Assembly (NCBI GenBank): GCA_963695545.1
Contig: OY968796.1
Coordinates: forward strand, 256,001 to 320,000
Reading direction: 5' to 3'
DNA: 64,000 nt
Origin: Terriglobia bacterium
GTDB lineage: Bacteria; Acidobacteriota; Terriglobia; Acidiferrales; UBA7541
The notes beneath the pieces were generated by a model that did no database searches, was not told the DNA's origin, and was given only the letters and a program-made list of their open reading frames with translations. Positions 42,045 through 52,926 of this stretch are shown here, one piece after another; within the stretch, counting starts at the first letter, position 1; each line of letters opens with the position of its first letter. The position numbers and the translations under genes were made by a program.

Positions 42045-42509
42045 CTACGGGCCGGCGAAAGCGTTCTTGTGGAGGCGCACGACGGGACGCCGGCCGGGCG
42101 GCGCTTCGATGGCCAGCACGTCAAATCGGCAGGGGGCTTCGGGAATGCGGCGCGCGGCCAGAAATTGGCGCGCGATGCGGCTGAGAACGCGGCGCTTGTC
42201 GTGCGTGACGGCATCTTCGGGAAGGCCAGGGCCTTCGCCGCTGCGCATTTTCACTTCGATGAACGCCAAAACGGGGCCGTCGTATCCGATCAAGTCGATT
42301 TCGCCGTGCAGGCCGGGGACCTGGAAGTTGCGCGCAATGATGGTGTAGTCGTGACGACGTAGGAACCAATAAGCATAGGTCTCGCCGCGAATGCCTCTGC
42401 GCGTGGCTTGCTGTTTGGCTGCGGCGCCGTGCGACGGGAGATCTTCAGCGAGACCGCGTCGCGCGGCCCAATCGACGAGAACGAAGACGACGCGCGAGAC
42501 TACGGGCAG
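42045..42509 (-). CDS. yraN: YraN/UPF0102 family endonuclease-like protein
   Basis: GIRGE, ARNF, GEIDLI, FIEVK, CRFDVLAI; start uncertain (CTG after GAGGAG). Confidence 0.85.
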   Translation of the reverse strand: MPVVSRVVFVLVDWAARRGLAEDLPSHGAAAKQQATRRGIRGETYAYWFLRRHDYTIIARNFQVPGLHGEIDLIGYDGPVLAFIEVKMRSGEGPGLPEDAVTHDKRRVLSRIARQFLAARRIPEAPCRFDVLAIEAPPGRRPVVRLHKNAFAGP

Positions 42510-42576
42510 GGCTTCTCCTCGGGCGCGGAAGAACCGATGCCGCGCAACGCCGCGCCGCGGCGCGGGCGTCGAGAAA

Positions 42577-43935
42577 TTACTTGCCGGTTGCGGCGGCCAC
42601 TTCGGCGATGCACGCGTCCAGCGTATCGACGGCGAAATCGGCCTGTTCGCGATCGATCGTGAGCGGCGGCGCAAGGCGGACGGTGTTCTCGCCCGCGCCG
42701 AGCAGCAGCAGACCTTTTTGGAAGGCGCGCTCCACAATCGCGTCGCGCAAATCATGCGCGCGCTCCTTGGTCTTGCGATCGAGCACGATCTCGACGCCGA
42801 TCATGAGCCCCACGCCGCGAACCGTGCCGACAATCGCGTGGCGCTCGGGCCAATCGACAATGCGCCCAAGAATGTAGTCGCCCATGCGGCGCGCGTTCTC
42901 CATATATTCAGATTCGATCAGGCGAATGGTCTCGAGCGCCGCGGCCACGGAAATCAAATTCCCGCCGAAGGTCGAGGCGTGCGCGCCAGGCGGCCAATTC
43001 ATAATGTCAGAGCTCGAGATGGTGGCTGAAAGCGGCATGCCAGAAGCGATTCCTTTCGCGACGCACAGAATATCCGGCTCGATGCCGGCGTGATCCCCCG
43101 CCCACCACTTTCCTGTGCGTCCCATGCCGCATTGCACCTCGTCGGAGATCAGCAGAATGCCGTGCTTGCGGCACAGGCGCTGCAAGTGGCGCAGAAATTC
43201 GGCGGGCGCGGGCACGTAGCCGCCTTCGCCCTGAATGGGCTCGATGACGATGCCGGCGACATCTTCCGGCGCGACGATCTTGTGAAACAGTTCGCGCTCG
43301 ATGAACGAGGCGCATTCCGCGCAGTATCCGCTCGCGTCCGGTCCGTGCGGGCAGCGATACGGATCGGGGAACGGCGCGTGGAACACGCCGGAGAGCAGCG
43401 AACCGAATCCTTTACGTTGCACGGCCTTCGACGCGGTGAGCGAAAGCGCGCCCATGGTGCGGCCGTGAAAGCCGCCGTAAAACGCGATGAATTTTTCGCG
43501 CCGCGTGTGATAGCGCGCGAGCTTGATGGCGGCTTCGATGGCTTCGGTGCCGGAATTGCCGTAATAGACGCGCTTCTGTTTTTTGCCCGGAGTGATTTCG
43601 CAAAGTTTCTCGGCTAGCTCGACCATGTTCGGATAGTAGAAATCGGTGCCGGACATGTGGATCAACTCGGCGGCCTGCTTCTGAATCGCGGCGACCACGT
43701 CGGGATGGCAGTGTCCGGTAGAGACAACGGCGATGCCGGCGGCGAAATCCAAGAAGCGATTGCCGTCCACGTCTTCAACCAAAGCGCCGCGACCGCTCGC
43801 GCCGACGAATGGATAGCTGCGCGTGTAGGACGATGAGATCGAGCGCGCGTCGCGCTCCAGAATTGCCGCAGCCTTGGGGCCCGGCAGCTTCGTCACCAGG
43901 TGTGCGACGTTGTTCTGAAGTTTTGCGTTCGTCAT
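42577..43935 (-). CDS. Class III PLP aminotransferase (acetylornithine / 4-aminobutyrate type)
   Basis: NSGTEA, FHGRT, EPIQGEGG, DEVQCGMGRTG, AKG. Confidence 0.92.
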   Translation of the reverse strand: MTNAKLQNNVAHLVTKLPGPKAAAILERDARSISSSYTRSYPFVGASGRGALVEDVDGNRFLDFAAGIAVVSTGHCHPDVVAAIQKQAAELIHMSGTDFYYPNMVELAEKLCEITPGKKQKRVYYGNSGTEAIEAAIKLARYHTRREKFIAFYGGFHGRTMGALSLTASKAVQRKGFGSLLSGVFHAPFPDPYRCPHGPDASGYCAECASFIERELFHKIVAPEDVAGIVIEPIQGEGGYVPAPAEFLRHLQRLCRKHGILLISDEVQCGMGRTGKWWAGDHAGIEPDILCVAKGIASGMPLSATISSSDIMNWPPGAHASTFGGNLISVAAALETIRLIESEYMENARRMGDYILGRIVDWPERHAIVGTVRGVGLMIGVEIVLDRKTKERAHDLRDAIVERAFQKGLLLLGAGENTVRLAPPLTIDREQADFAVDTLDACIAEVAAATGK

Positions 43936-44129
43936 GAGAATCCCCCGAGAATTGCTTTTTGCGCGAAATGCAGTCGACATGGAATCAGCGCGCGGACTGC
44001 ACGCGGCCAGAACACAGGACGCCGCGCGCATGCTGCGGAGGCAAAAATTAATTTAGTCGACGCTGAACAGGCTGGGGCGTTCGAGAGACGGAAGACAGTG
44101 CTTTGCGGTCGAGTTGTGATGCAAGAAGC

Positions 44130-45575
44130 TCATTTTCGTTTCCAACGGATGCCGCCGTCTTTGATATCTTCGAGCAGAATACCACGGTCGGCCAATTCCT
44201 GCCGAATCTTATCCGCCGCTTTGAAATCTTTGCGCTGCCGCGCGGCTTGGCGCTGGGCGACGAGCGCGTCAATTTCCGCGTCGGAGGCCGCGGCGCCGCT
44301 GCCGGCGGGGGCAATTCCGAGCGCGGCCAGGCGCTGGGCGTCATCATCTTTAAGTACGGCGAAGATAGCGTCGAATTTATCGAGCACGGCGCGCGCGGCG
44401 GCGCGCTCATCCGCGCGGAACGCGCCGCGATCCATCGCGATGTTGGCTTCGCGAACCATGTCGAAGATCGCGGCAAGCGCCTGCGCGGTGTTGAGATCGT
44501 CGGCCAGCGCGGCTTCAAATCGTTCGGCGGATTCGGCAACGGCGCGGGCCATCGCCGGATCGGAGCCCGGCGGCAGCGATTCGGCCGCAAGACGCGCGGC
44601 GAAGTTCCGCAGCCGCTCGACTGAACTCGCAGCCTGCTGCAATCCCTCGGCCGTGAAATTGAGTTGCGTACGATACGGCACCGATGCCAGCAGAAAGCGC
44701 ACGGCTGAAGGTCGGTTTCCTTCGGTCAACAATTCGCGCAGCGTTGCGAAATTCCCAACCGACTTCGACATCTTTTCATGGTCCACGAGGAGATGCTCGG
44801 CGTGCAGCCAGTAACGCACGAACTGTCTGCCGGTGGCGGCCTCGGATTGCGCGATTTCGTTTTCGTGGTGCGGGAAGCACAGGTCGATGCCGCCCGAATG
44901 AATGTCAATCGTTTCGCCGAGCAGCGCCATGGCCATGGCCGAGCATTCGATGTGCCAGCCGGGACGTCCGGGGCCGATCGGTTCTTCCCAAAATTGCTCG
45001 CCGGGCTTCGGCGCTTTCCACAACGCGAAATCGCGCGCGTCGGTTTTGTCGTAGCGGTCGACGTCCACGCGCGCGCCGGCCTGGATTCCACTCAAATCGA
45101 TCTTCGAGAGTTTGCCGTAATTCGGAAACTTCGAGATGCGGTAATAGATCGAGCCGTCGCTCGCGTAGGTGTAGCCCTTGGCGATCAGGCGCTCGATCAG
45201 GCGCACCATATCGTCGATGTGATCGGTGGCGCGCACGAAATGCTCGGGCGGCTCGAGATTGAGCGCCGCGCGGTCTTCAAGGAACGCACGGATGTAGTCG
45301 TCGGTGTATTGGCGAATCGTAACGCCGGCTTCGGCGGCGCGCTTGATGATGCGGTCGTCCACGTCGGTCAGATTCATCACCTGAATCACGCGATAGCCCT
45401 GCGAGCGGAGGAATCTGCGCAGGATGTCCTGAAATACGAACGTGCGAAAATTGCCGATGTGCGCGAAATCGTAGACCGTCGGTCCGCAGGTGTAGATGCG
45501 GACTTCACCGGGATGTAGCGGCACGAACGGTTCGGTGCGTCCGCCCAGCGTGTTGTGCAGCAAAATCTCGCGCAC
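44130..45575 (-). CDS. cysS: Cysteine--tRNA ligase
   Basis: CGPTVY, HIGN, GRPGWHIECS, KMSKS. Confidence 0.97.
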   Translation of the reverse strand: MREILLHNTLGGRTEPFVPLHPGEVRIYTCGPTVYDFAHIGNFRTFVFQDILRRFLRSQGYRVIQVMNLTDVDDRIIKRAAEAGVTIRQYTDDYIRAFLEDRAALNLEPPEHFVRATDHIDDMVRLIERLIAKGYTYASDGSIYYRISKFPNYGKLSKIDLSGIQAGARVDVDRYDKTDARDFALWKAPKPGEQFWEEPIGPGRPGWHIECSAMAMALLGETIDIHSGGIDLCFPHHENEIAQSEAATGRQFVRYWLHAEHLLVDHEKMSKSVGNFATLRELLTEGNRPSAVRFLLASVPYRTQLNFTAEGLQQAASSVERLRNFAARLAAESLPPGSDPAMARAVAESAERFEAALADDLNTAQALAAIFDMVREANIAMDRGAFRADERAAARAVLDKFDAIFAVLKDDDAQRLAALGIAPAGSGAAASDAEIDALVAQRQAARQRKDFKAADKIRQELADRGILLEDIKDGGIRWKRK

Positions 45576-45682
45576 GGTTTTCGATCCTCGCAACAGCGCG
45601 TCAGCAGCGCAACGCGCAAACGTGCAATTCTAGCCGACCGCGCGAGAGCGCGAAAGAGCGTGCCTTGCACGTGTGCCTGTTC

Positions 45683-45711
45683 TTGATTCGACTGAGGCGG
45701 CGTGCTAGTCT
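45683..45711 (+). promoter_or_regulatory. sigma70 promoter for the BMC pair
   Basis: TTGATT-17nt-TAGTCT with extended -10 TG. Confidence 0.5.
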
Positions 45712-45762
45712 CGACCCGCCTGCGCGAAACTTTACGCGCAACCCTGCAAAACGAGGACATCG

Positions 45763-46062
45763 ATGGCCGACGACGCACTCGGAATGATTGAGACCAAGGG
45801 GCTGGTCGGCTCGATTGAAGCCGCCGACGCCATGGTCAAGGCGGCCAACGTCGTGATTATCGGCAAGGAATATATCGGCTCGGGTTTTGTGACCGTGATG
45901 GTGCGCGGCGACGTCGGCGCGGTGAAGGCCGCAACCGACGCGGGCGCGGCGGCGGCGCGGCGCGTCGGCGAACTCGTGGCGGTGCACGTGATTCCGCGGC
46001 CGCATGAGTTGGTGGAAAAAATCTTGCCGGGCGGCGGAAATCCGCCTAGCGCGAAGAGATAG
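45763..46062 (+). CDS. Bacterial microcompartment hexamer shell protein (EutM/PduA-like)
   Basis: [37 protein letters not shown]. Confidence 0.96.
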   Translation: MADDALGMIETKGLVGSIEAADAMVKAANVVIIGKEYIGSGFVTVMVRGDVGAVKAATDAGAAAARRVGELVAVHVIPRPHELVEKILPGGGNPPSAKR

Positions 46063-46093
46063 AGCGCGCGCCCGAATTAAAAGGTAAGGCGCA

Positions 46094-48046
46094 TTGGACC
46101 TTCGCGACCGCGACCTCATCTCCATCCAGCAAGCCCGCGAACTGGCGGTCCGCGCCGCCGCCGCCCAAAAACGATTCGCCACATTTTCGCAACAGCAGGT
46201 GGACGCCATCGTGGAGGCCTGCGCCACAGCCGCCACCGAAGCGGCGGAATCGCTGGCGCGCGTGGCCGTCGAAGAGACCGGCTACGGCAATGTTCCCGAT
46301 AAAATCCTGAAGAACCGCGTGGCGTCGGTCGAAGTGCCGCGCGCGATTCGCGAGATGCGCACCGTCGGCGTGGTGCGCGAGGACGCGAAGGCCGGCATCA
46401 TCGAAATCGCCACTCCCATCGGCGTGGTCGCCGCGATCATCCCGTCCACAAATCCGACATCGACGGCGATCTATAAGACACTGATCGCAATTAAGGCGCG
46501 CAACGCGATCGTGCTCAGCCCGCACCCCTCGGCGATTCGCTGCATCTGCCAGGCCGCCGCAATTCTGGATCGCGCGGCGCTGACGGCCGGCGCGCCGGAG
46601 GGATTAATCTCCTGCATGACGCAGACCACGCTGCCGGGCACGCAAGAATTGATGCGCCAGCGCGAAGTCGGCGTGGTTCTGGCGACCGGCGGAACGGGGT
46701 TGGTGCGCGCCGCCTACAGTTCCGGCAAGCCGGCCTACGGCGTGGGACCGGGCAACGTGCCCGCCGCGATCGAGCGCACCGCGAATGTACACGAGGCCGT
46801 CGCCGATATCATCGCCGGCAAGACATTCGACTACGGAACAATTTGCTCGTCCGAGCAAGCCATCGTGGCCGAAGAATCCGTGCGCGATCAGGCGCTCGAA
46901 GAATTGCGCCAGCAAGGCGCGCATTTCCTGTCGCGCGAAGAGGCTGAAAAAGTCGGACGTCTCGTGTTTCAACCGGGTTCGCACGTGGCAAATTCCAAAA
47001 TTGTCGGCCGCCCCGCCACGGTGATCGCCGAAATGGCGGGAATTTCCGTGCCGAGTGCGACGCGCGTGTTGATCGCGCGCCTGGAACCGCAGCAAGTGGG
47101 CCGCGAATTTCCGTTATCGGCGGAAAAACTTTCGCCAATCCTCGCGTTCTACGCGGTTGCGGATTTCGCCGCGCTCGTCGAGCAAGCCACGCGCCTGCTA
47201 CTGTTCGGCGGCGCGGGCCATACGGCTTCGATCCACACCTCCGACGCGGATAAAGCGCGGCGCTACGGCCAAGCGGTGCCGGCGTTTCGCGTGTGCGTGA
47301 ACACATCGTCGGTGCACGGCTCGATCGGATATTCGACCAACCTGTTCCCGGCGATGACGCTCGGCTGCGGCGCGCCCGGCGGAAACATCACGTCCGACAA
47401 TATCGGCCCGCAGCACTTGATGAATATCAAGCGCATCGCGTGGGAATCGCGGCCGGTTGAACATCGCACCGTCGCCGCGGATCGGCGCATGTTTGCCGAC
47501 GCCGGAATTGCCCAGCCTATCGGCGTCGGGCCATCGCATGCCCACAACGATTTCGCGCAATCGAAGGCATCGTCGGCGCCACCAACGGCATCTTCATCGC
47601 CGTCAGGTCCGACAAGCGCGCCCGCGTTATCAGCCACAGCCAAACTCGATTCGCCATCGCCCGCGTTGCCCGACCGCGCTGTACTTGCTCGGTTGGTCGA
47701 GCACGTGCTTTCGGCGCACGGCATCGCGCGCGGCTCCGGTTTGTCCGGCGCGGCAGCAGCCGACACGCGTGCTGAAACACCGCCGGCGAAATCCACCGCG
47801 AGTGCCCCGCCGCAAATCGAGCGCGACGCGCCGAAACCTGTGGCCGCTTCACCCTCGCCGAAGCCAGCCAAGCGCAGTGTCGAAATTTCCGCCTTCGTCA
47901 GCGAAAACGACGTGCGCCAAGCGATGACGCGCAGCCAGAAAATTTTCATCGGCCCGAAGACGATTCTCACGCCCTCGGCGCGCGATCTCGGACGCGAGCA
48001 CGAAGTGTTCGTCGAAACCGGCGCCGAAGCCGGCGTCGCTCCTTAA
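46094..48046 (+). CDS. CoA-acylating aldehyde dehydrogenase, BMC-associated, with C-terminal extension
   Basis: [36 protein letters not shown]; tail with amphipathic [13 protein letters not shown] and ILTPSARD domain. Confidence 0.9.
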   Translation: MDLRDRDLISIQQARELAVRAAAAQKRFATFSQQQVDAIVEACATAATEAAESLARVAVEETGYGNVPDKILKNRVASVEVPRAIREMRTVGVVREDAKAGIIEIATPIGVVAAIIPSTNPTSTAIYKTLIAIKARNAIVLSPHPSAIRCICQAAAILDRAALTAGAPEGLISCMTQTTLPGTQELMRQREVGVVLATGGTGLVRAAYSSGKPAYGVGPGNVPAAIERTANVHEAVADIIAGKTFDYGTICSSEQAIVAEESVRDQALEELRQQGAHFLSREEAEKVGRLVFQPGSHVANSKIVGRPATVIAEMAGISVPSATRVLIARLEPQQVGREFPLSAEKLSPILAFYAVADFAALVEQATRLLLFGGAGHTASIHTSDADKARRYGQAVPAFRVCVNTSSVHGSIGYSTNLFPAMTLGCGAPGGNITSDNIGPQHLMNIKRIAWESRPVEHRTVAADRRMFADAGIAQPIGVGPSHAHNDFAQSKASSAPPTASSSPSGPTSAPALSATAKLDSPSPALPDRAVLARLVEHVLSAHGIARGSGLSGAAAADTRAETPPAKSTASAPPQIERDAPKPVAASPSPKPAKRSVEISAFVSENDVRQAMTRSQKIFIGPKTILTPSARDLGREHEVFVETGAEAGVAP

Positions 48047-48196
48047 ATATTTCGTCGCGCATCGCCCGCCCGCGCCGTGCATAGAGCGCGCACAGAGCCG
48101 CGCGGCGGCGATTGTGCCCCGCAAACCCCTTGCCTATACTGAGCCTCTAATGAACTGATCAGCAGCGGATGCCGTGCTTCCGCCGATGATGCGCCT

Positions 48197-50665
48197 ATGA
48201 GAAACCAAAAAGCCCAACGCCTCGCCCGGTGGTCCGCCGCGATTGCCATACTCATGGCCGCCGCCGTCGCGGGCGTCTATTTGCACCGCGCGCTCCTCGC
48301 GCGCCGTGCGCGGGCCCTGGCTCCTCCGTCGGTGCCGGCGACAATCGAGGAACACTCCGCGGGATTTTCCCTTTCACCGTCGAATGGCAATCGCACGACC
48401 TACACAATTCGCGCCGCGAACGCCACGCAATTCAAGGAAGGCAACCGCACTGAGCTTGAAGACGTTTGGATCACCGCCTACGGCGACCAGGGCGACCGCA
48501 ACGACACGTTGCGCACAAAATCCTGCGACTACATTCCGGCATCCTCTTCCTCCGCCGCGGGATCCTCCTCACCTTCGTCTTCCTCCGGCGACTCGGGCGG
48601 GCGCATGACCTGCGCGGGCGACGTTGAAATCGACCTCGAAAGCGCTTCCGACGCCAAAGCTCATCCGAGCGCGGCGAATGGCGATCCTTCGCCAGCGGCC
48701 AACGTCATGCACGTTTCTACGTCCAATCTTTCCTTCGAGCAGGACTCCGGCATCGCGAGCACCGATCGCGCCGTCAATTTTCATTTCCCCGGCGGCGCGG
48801 GCAAAGCGGTCGGACTGCGATTCGATTCGCAGCAAGGCAATCTGAATCTCGCGCATGACGTCGAGATCGTTCTGCAGCCGCAAGGCCCGGGAGCGGAGCA
48901 AGGCCCGCCTCCGACAAACGCCACGCCGCCGGCGAATTCTGCAAATCCCCCGATGACCATTCGCGGACAAGGCATGGTTTATCGCCGGAGCGACGGCGTG
49001 GCGCATCTCGGCGGCCCGGCCGACATTCAAGACGGCGCGAGCGAGCTGATCGCGCAAGCCATTGCGCTTGAACTGGATGAAAATTTTCACGCGCGGCGCG
49101 CCGTCGCCTCGGGCCAGCCTGAGCTCCATCAGACCGATCCTCGCCGACAAATCGTCACTTCCGCCGATGAGTTCACGGCGCTCTTCTTACCGAATGGATC
49201 GGTTGGCCGCGTCGTAGCCGACGGCGACATTCGCACGATCTCGAGCGGCCGCGGTCAGCAGGACGAATTCGACGCCGCGCACGCCGAGCTCGAAATCGCG
49301 CCAGGTACCGGCCAGCCGCGCCTGTTCACGGCTTCGGGCGGCACGAAAGGAACAGCGCACGTCGGAAACACCACGCGAACGTTCGCAACTGCCGCGCTCG
49401 AAATTACTTTTGCGCAGCCCGTGGCGCGCCACGGATCCGCGCAGCCGGAACTCGTGCACACTTTGGCTCCGGCCACGGCAGAATGGATCGCGCCTGCTGC
49501 AGCCAGCAAAGCTGTCGCGCCCGCGAGCGCGGCGCCTGCAACGCAGACGACAATGCAGACGACCCGCATGAGCGGGCAGACCGTCGACCTTCATTTCGGC
49601 TCGAACTCACAAATCGACCACATGAGCGGGATCGGCGGCGTGGAAGTCGATCAAGATTTAGGCGCAGCCGCGGGATCGCGTTCCTCAACGTCGCAAAATC
49701 TAGACGCGCGCTTCGACAACGCCGGCAATTGGACCACGATCGAGCAATCGGGACGCGTGCACTATCGCGATCCGCAAGGCACGGCCGAGGCCGACCACGC
49801 GCACATGGGCAACGCCGCAAACACCGCGGCGCTCACGGGCGCCGTCGTACTGACCGACGCGAATTCACGCACGACCGCCGCGACAGCCACGTTCGCGCAC
49901 GACACAGGAATCCTGCGCGCCGATGGCCGCGTGATCACCGCCGAACTTGCAAACGCCGCGAGTCCCGTGGCCAATTTTTCGGATGAACCCGCGCGCGTCT
50001 CAGCCGACCATCTTGTTGCCGAACGCGCCGCAGGCCACGCCACGTACACCGGCCATGCGCGTCTGTGGCAGGGAGAAGCCGTGATGCAAGCGGACACCAT
50101 CGAGCTCGATCATCCCGCGCAAATTCTCACGGCGCTCGGCCACGTGCGCGCCGTCTTCCCCGCCGCAGCCTGGAATCCCGCGCCCGACGCGTCGACGAAC
50201 GCCAAGCGCGCGACTCCCGCCACCAAAACTACCGCGCCCCAGCCGCCCGAACTTTGGCACGCGCAAGGAGATCGCCTGACTTATTGGAGCCAGAAATCCC
50301 TCGGCCGCCTCGAAGGAAACGCCAGCGCCGATTCGCAGGAAGCCTCACTCCGCGCGCCCACCATCGACTTCCTGTTCGCGCCGGTCGTTGCAACCAATCC
50401 CTCCGGCCAGAAGCAATTGGTCCGCGCCATAGCCACTGGCGGCGTCAGCGTGCGCCAAATGGACCGCCGCGGCACATCCCAGCGCGCCGACTACACCGTC
50501 GCCGACCGCAAATTCGTCCTTAGCGGCGGTCTTCCCGTGCTGCGTGACGATTCCGGAAACAGCACCACAGGCCGTCAATTGACCTTCATTTTTGCGGATG
50601 ATACGATTGTCGTGGATTCGGAGGAAGGCACCCGCACACTGACACTCCACCGGGTCGAGAAATGA
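48197..50665 (+). CDS. Long LptC/LptA(OstA)-type LPS transport periplasmic protein
   Basis: Single N-terminal TM, repeated beta-jellyroll-like segments (YTGHARLWQG, ATGGVSVRQ), directly upstream of lptB. Confidence 0.8.
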   Translation: MRNQKAQRLARWSAAIAILMAAAVAGVYLHRALLARRARALAPPSVPATIEEHSAGFSLSPSNGNRTTYTIRAANATQFKEGNRTELEDVWITAYGDQGDRNDTLRTKSCDYIPASSSSAAGSSSPSSSSGDSGGRMTCAGDVEIDLESASDAKAHPSAANGDPSPAANVMHVSTSNLSFEQDSGIASTDRAVNFHFPGGAGKAVGLRFDSQQGNLNLAHDVEIVLQPQGPGAEQGPPPTNATPPANSANPPMTIRGQGMVYRRSDGVAHLGGPADIQDGASELIAQAIALELDENFHARRAVASGQPELHQTDPRRQIVTSADEFTALFLPNGSVGRVVADGDIRTISSGRGQQDEFDAAHAELEIAPGTGQPRLFTASGGTKGTAHVGNTTRTFATAALEITFAQPVARHGSAQPELVHTLAPATAEWIAPAAASKAVAPASAAPATQTTMQTTRMSGQTVDLHFGSNSQIDHMSGIGGVEVDQDLGAAAGSRSSTSQNLDARFDNAGNWTTIEQSGRVHYRDPQGTAEADHAHMGNAANTAALTGAVVLTDANSRTTAATATFAHDTGILRADGRVITAELANAASPVANFSDEPARVSADHLVAERAAGHATYTGHARLWQGEAVMQADTIELDHPAQILTALGHVRAVFPAAAWNPAPDASTNAKRATPATKTTAPQPPELWHAQGDRLTYWSQKSLGRLEGNASADSQEASLRAPTIDFLFAPVVATNPSGQKQLVRAIATGGVSVRQMDRRGTSQRADYTVADRKFVLSGGLPVLRDDSGNSTTGRQLTFIFADDTIVVDSEEGTRTLTLHRVEK

Positions 50666-50671
50666 TGTCTC

Positions 50672-51397
50672 ATGCCCAAGCTCCAGGCCGTCGAACTCAG
50701 CAAATCATACCGGGGCCGCAAAGTCGTGGACAATGTGGATCTCGAAATCGCAGAAGGCGAAGTCGTCGGCCTTTTGGGACCAAACGGCGCGGGTAAGACG
50801 ACCACTTTCTATATTTTGGTGGGTTTGGCGCGGCCGGATTCAGGACGCGTGCTCCTCGACGGCGAGGACATCACCGACCTTCCCATGTACATGCGGGCAC
50901 GTAATGGCATCAGTTATCTTCCCCAGGAACCTTCGGTGTTTCGCCAATTGACCGTGGAAGAAAATTTGCTTGCCGTTCTCGAGACCGTGCCGCTCACCGC
51001 GACGCAGCAACGCGATCGCCTCGAAGAACTGCTCGCGCAGATGGGTCTTGAGACCGTGCGCCTGAATCGCGCCTACACGCTTTCCGGCGGCGAGCGGCGG
51101 CGTCTTGAAATCGCGCGTTCCCTGGTTCTCGATCCCACCTTCATACTTCTCGACGAGCCTTTTTCCGGAATCGATCCTCTTACCGTCGTCGACATTCAGA
51201 AGATCATCTCCGAGCTCAGCGATGGCGGCATCGGCGTTCTCGTGACCGACCACAACGTTCGCGAGACGCTGCGCGTCACCGACCGGGCCTACATCATCAG
51301 CAGCGGGCGGACATTCCGGCACGGCAGTCCGGCCGAATTGAGCCAGGACGCCGAGGTCCGGCGCGTCTACCTGGGCGATTATTTCGAGCTGAACTAG
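50672..51397 (+). CDS. lptB: LPS export ABC transporter ATP-binding protein
   Basis: [35 protein letters not shown]. Confidence 0.96.
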   Translation: MPKLQAVELSKSYRGRKVVDNVDLEIAEGEVVGLLGPNGAGKTTTFYILVGLARPDSGRVLLDGEDITDLPMYMRARNGISYLPQEPSVFRQLTVEENLLAVLETVPLTATQQRDRLEELLAQMGLETVRLNRAYTLSGGERRRLEIARSLVLDPTFILLDEPFSGIDPLTVVDIQKIISELSDGGIGVLVTDHNVRETLRVTDRAYIISSGRTFRHGSPAELSQDAEVRRVYLGDYFELN

Positions 51398-51409
51398 AGC
51401 GGAACGCCG

Positions 51410-52915
51410 ATGAGCTGGCTACAGCCCAAACTCAACCTCAGGGTCGCGCAGAAGCAAATTCTGACGCCCGGCCTCGTGCAGATGGTGAGTGTGCTCGCCC
51501 TCAACCGGCTCGAGCTTCGCGAGATGATCAATCAGGAAATGGTCGCGAATCCGGTGCTCGAAGAAGTCACCGAAGAAGGCCCAGCAACCGCCGAAGATTA
51601 CAGCGACGAAGCCTTCATCAAAGCCGAAACCGAAAAAGTTCCCGAAACCGAGCCCGCCAATCCTTTCGACGAATTCGACCTCTCCTCGTTCTTCAATCAA
51701 TATCTCGATTCCGGCGGCGGCGCCGCCGATCGCGGCGAGCACGAAACCATTGAGCGCCCTTCGTTCGATAAATTTCTCTCTTCTCCGCAAGGCCTCACCG
51801 AATATCTCACCTGGCAATTAAGCGCCACCGTTTGCACGGAATCCGTGCGCGCCATTGCGGACATCATCATCGGCAACCTCGATGAAAACGGTTATCTGAC
51901 CGCCTCGCTCGAGGAAATCACGCACGAGGGCAAATTTTCCGCCGACGATATGGAAGACGCGCTGGCCGTCGTGCAGGAATTCGATCCGCTCGGCGTCGGC
52001 GCGCGAAATTTGCGCGAATGTCTGCAAATCCAGTTGCGCGGCCTCGATCCGCAAAACGCGCTTGCGCAGCAGATCGTCTCCGAATGCCTGCCGAAGCGCC
52101 CGCTTGCCGCATCCGAACCCGATTTGCTCGATCCGGAAAGCCCGCTCTCGAAATTGCTGCAATCCAATCAGCTCAAGGAAATCGCGCGCGCTCTCAATCG
52201 GCCCGTCGAACTCGTCAAGCGCGCCGTCGAACTCATCAAGAAACTCGATCCGCGCCCCGGCCTGCGTTACAACAAAACCGAGCCGCGTCTCGTCGAACCC
52301 GACGTCTATTTCCGCAAGGTGGACGACGCGTGGCAGGTCTTCATGAACGAAGACGACGTGCCGCAGCTTCGCCTGAGTCCGGTCTATCGCCGCTTGCTCG
52401 CGCGCGACGCTGCCGACCGCGAAGTCCGCAACTACGTGAAGGAACGCTTCACCGCCGCGCTCCAATTAATGAAGAGCATTGAGCAGCGCAAGCACACCAT
52501 TCTCCGCGTTTGCCAGGTGATCATTCGCCGCCAGGGCGATTACCTCGACCACGGCGCCGATCAGCTGAAACCCATGATGATCAAGGAAGTCGCCGAGGAA
52601 GTCGGCGTGCATCCTTCCACCGTCAGCCGCGCCGTGGCCAGCAAATACGCGCACACGCCGCAGGGCGTGATCGAGTTGCGCCAATTTTTCTCGGAGTCCG
52701 TCAACGGACCCGAGGGCGGCAGCATGTCGCTTCTGACTCTGAAGCGCCTGGTGAAAAAAATGATTGGCGAAGAAGACACCGCTCATCCGCTCACGGATGA
52801 CGCCATCGCTCGAAAACTACAGATCGCCGGCATCCTGGTAACCCGCCGCACGGTAGCCAAGTATCGCGAGGACCTTCGCATCCCGAGCACGCATCAGCGC
52901 CGGGTGAAATCTTAA
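51410..52915 (+). CDS. rpoN: RNA polymerase sigma-54 factor
   Basis: HPSTVSRA HTH and RRTVAKYRE RpoN box. Confidence 0.97.
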   Translation: MSWLQPKLNLRVAQKQILTPGLVQMVSVLALNRLELREMINQEMVANPVLEEVTEEGPATAEDYSDEAFIKAETEKVPETEPANPFDEFDLSSFFNQYLDSGGGAADRGEHETIERPSFDKFLSSPQGLTEYLTWQLSATVCTESVRAIADIIIGNLDENGYLTASLEEITHEGKFSADDMEDALAVVQEFDPLGVGARNLRECLQIQLRGLDPQNALAQQIVSECLPKRPLAASEPDLLDPESPLSKLLQSNQLKEIARALNRPVELVKRAVELIKKLDPRPGLRYNKTEPRLVEPDVYFRKVDDAWQVFMNEDDVPQLRLSPVYRRLLARDAADREVRNYVKERFTAALQLMKSIEQRKHTILRVCQVIIRRQGDYLDHGADQLKPMMIKEVAEEVGVHPSTVSRAVASKYAHTPQGVIELRQFFSESVNGPEGGSMSLLTLKRLVKKMIGEEDTAHPLTDDAIARKLQIAGILVTRRTVAKYREDLRIPSTHQRRVKS

Positions 52916-52926
52916 ACGCGCCAATC

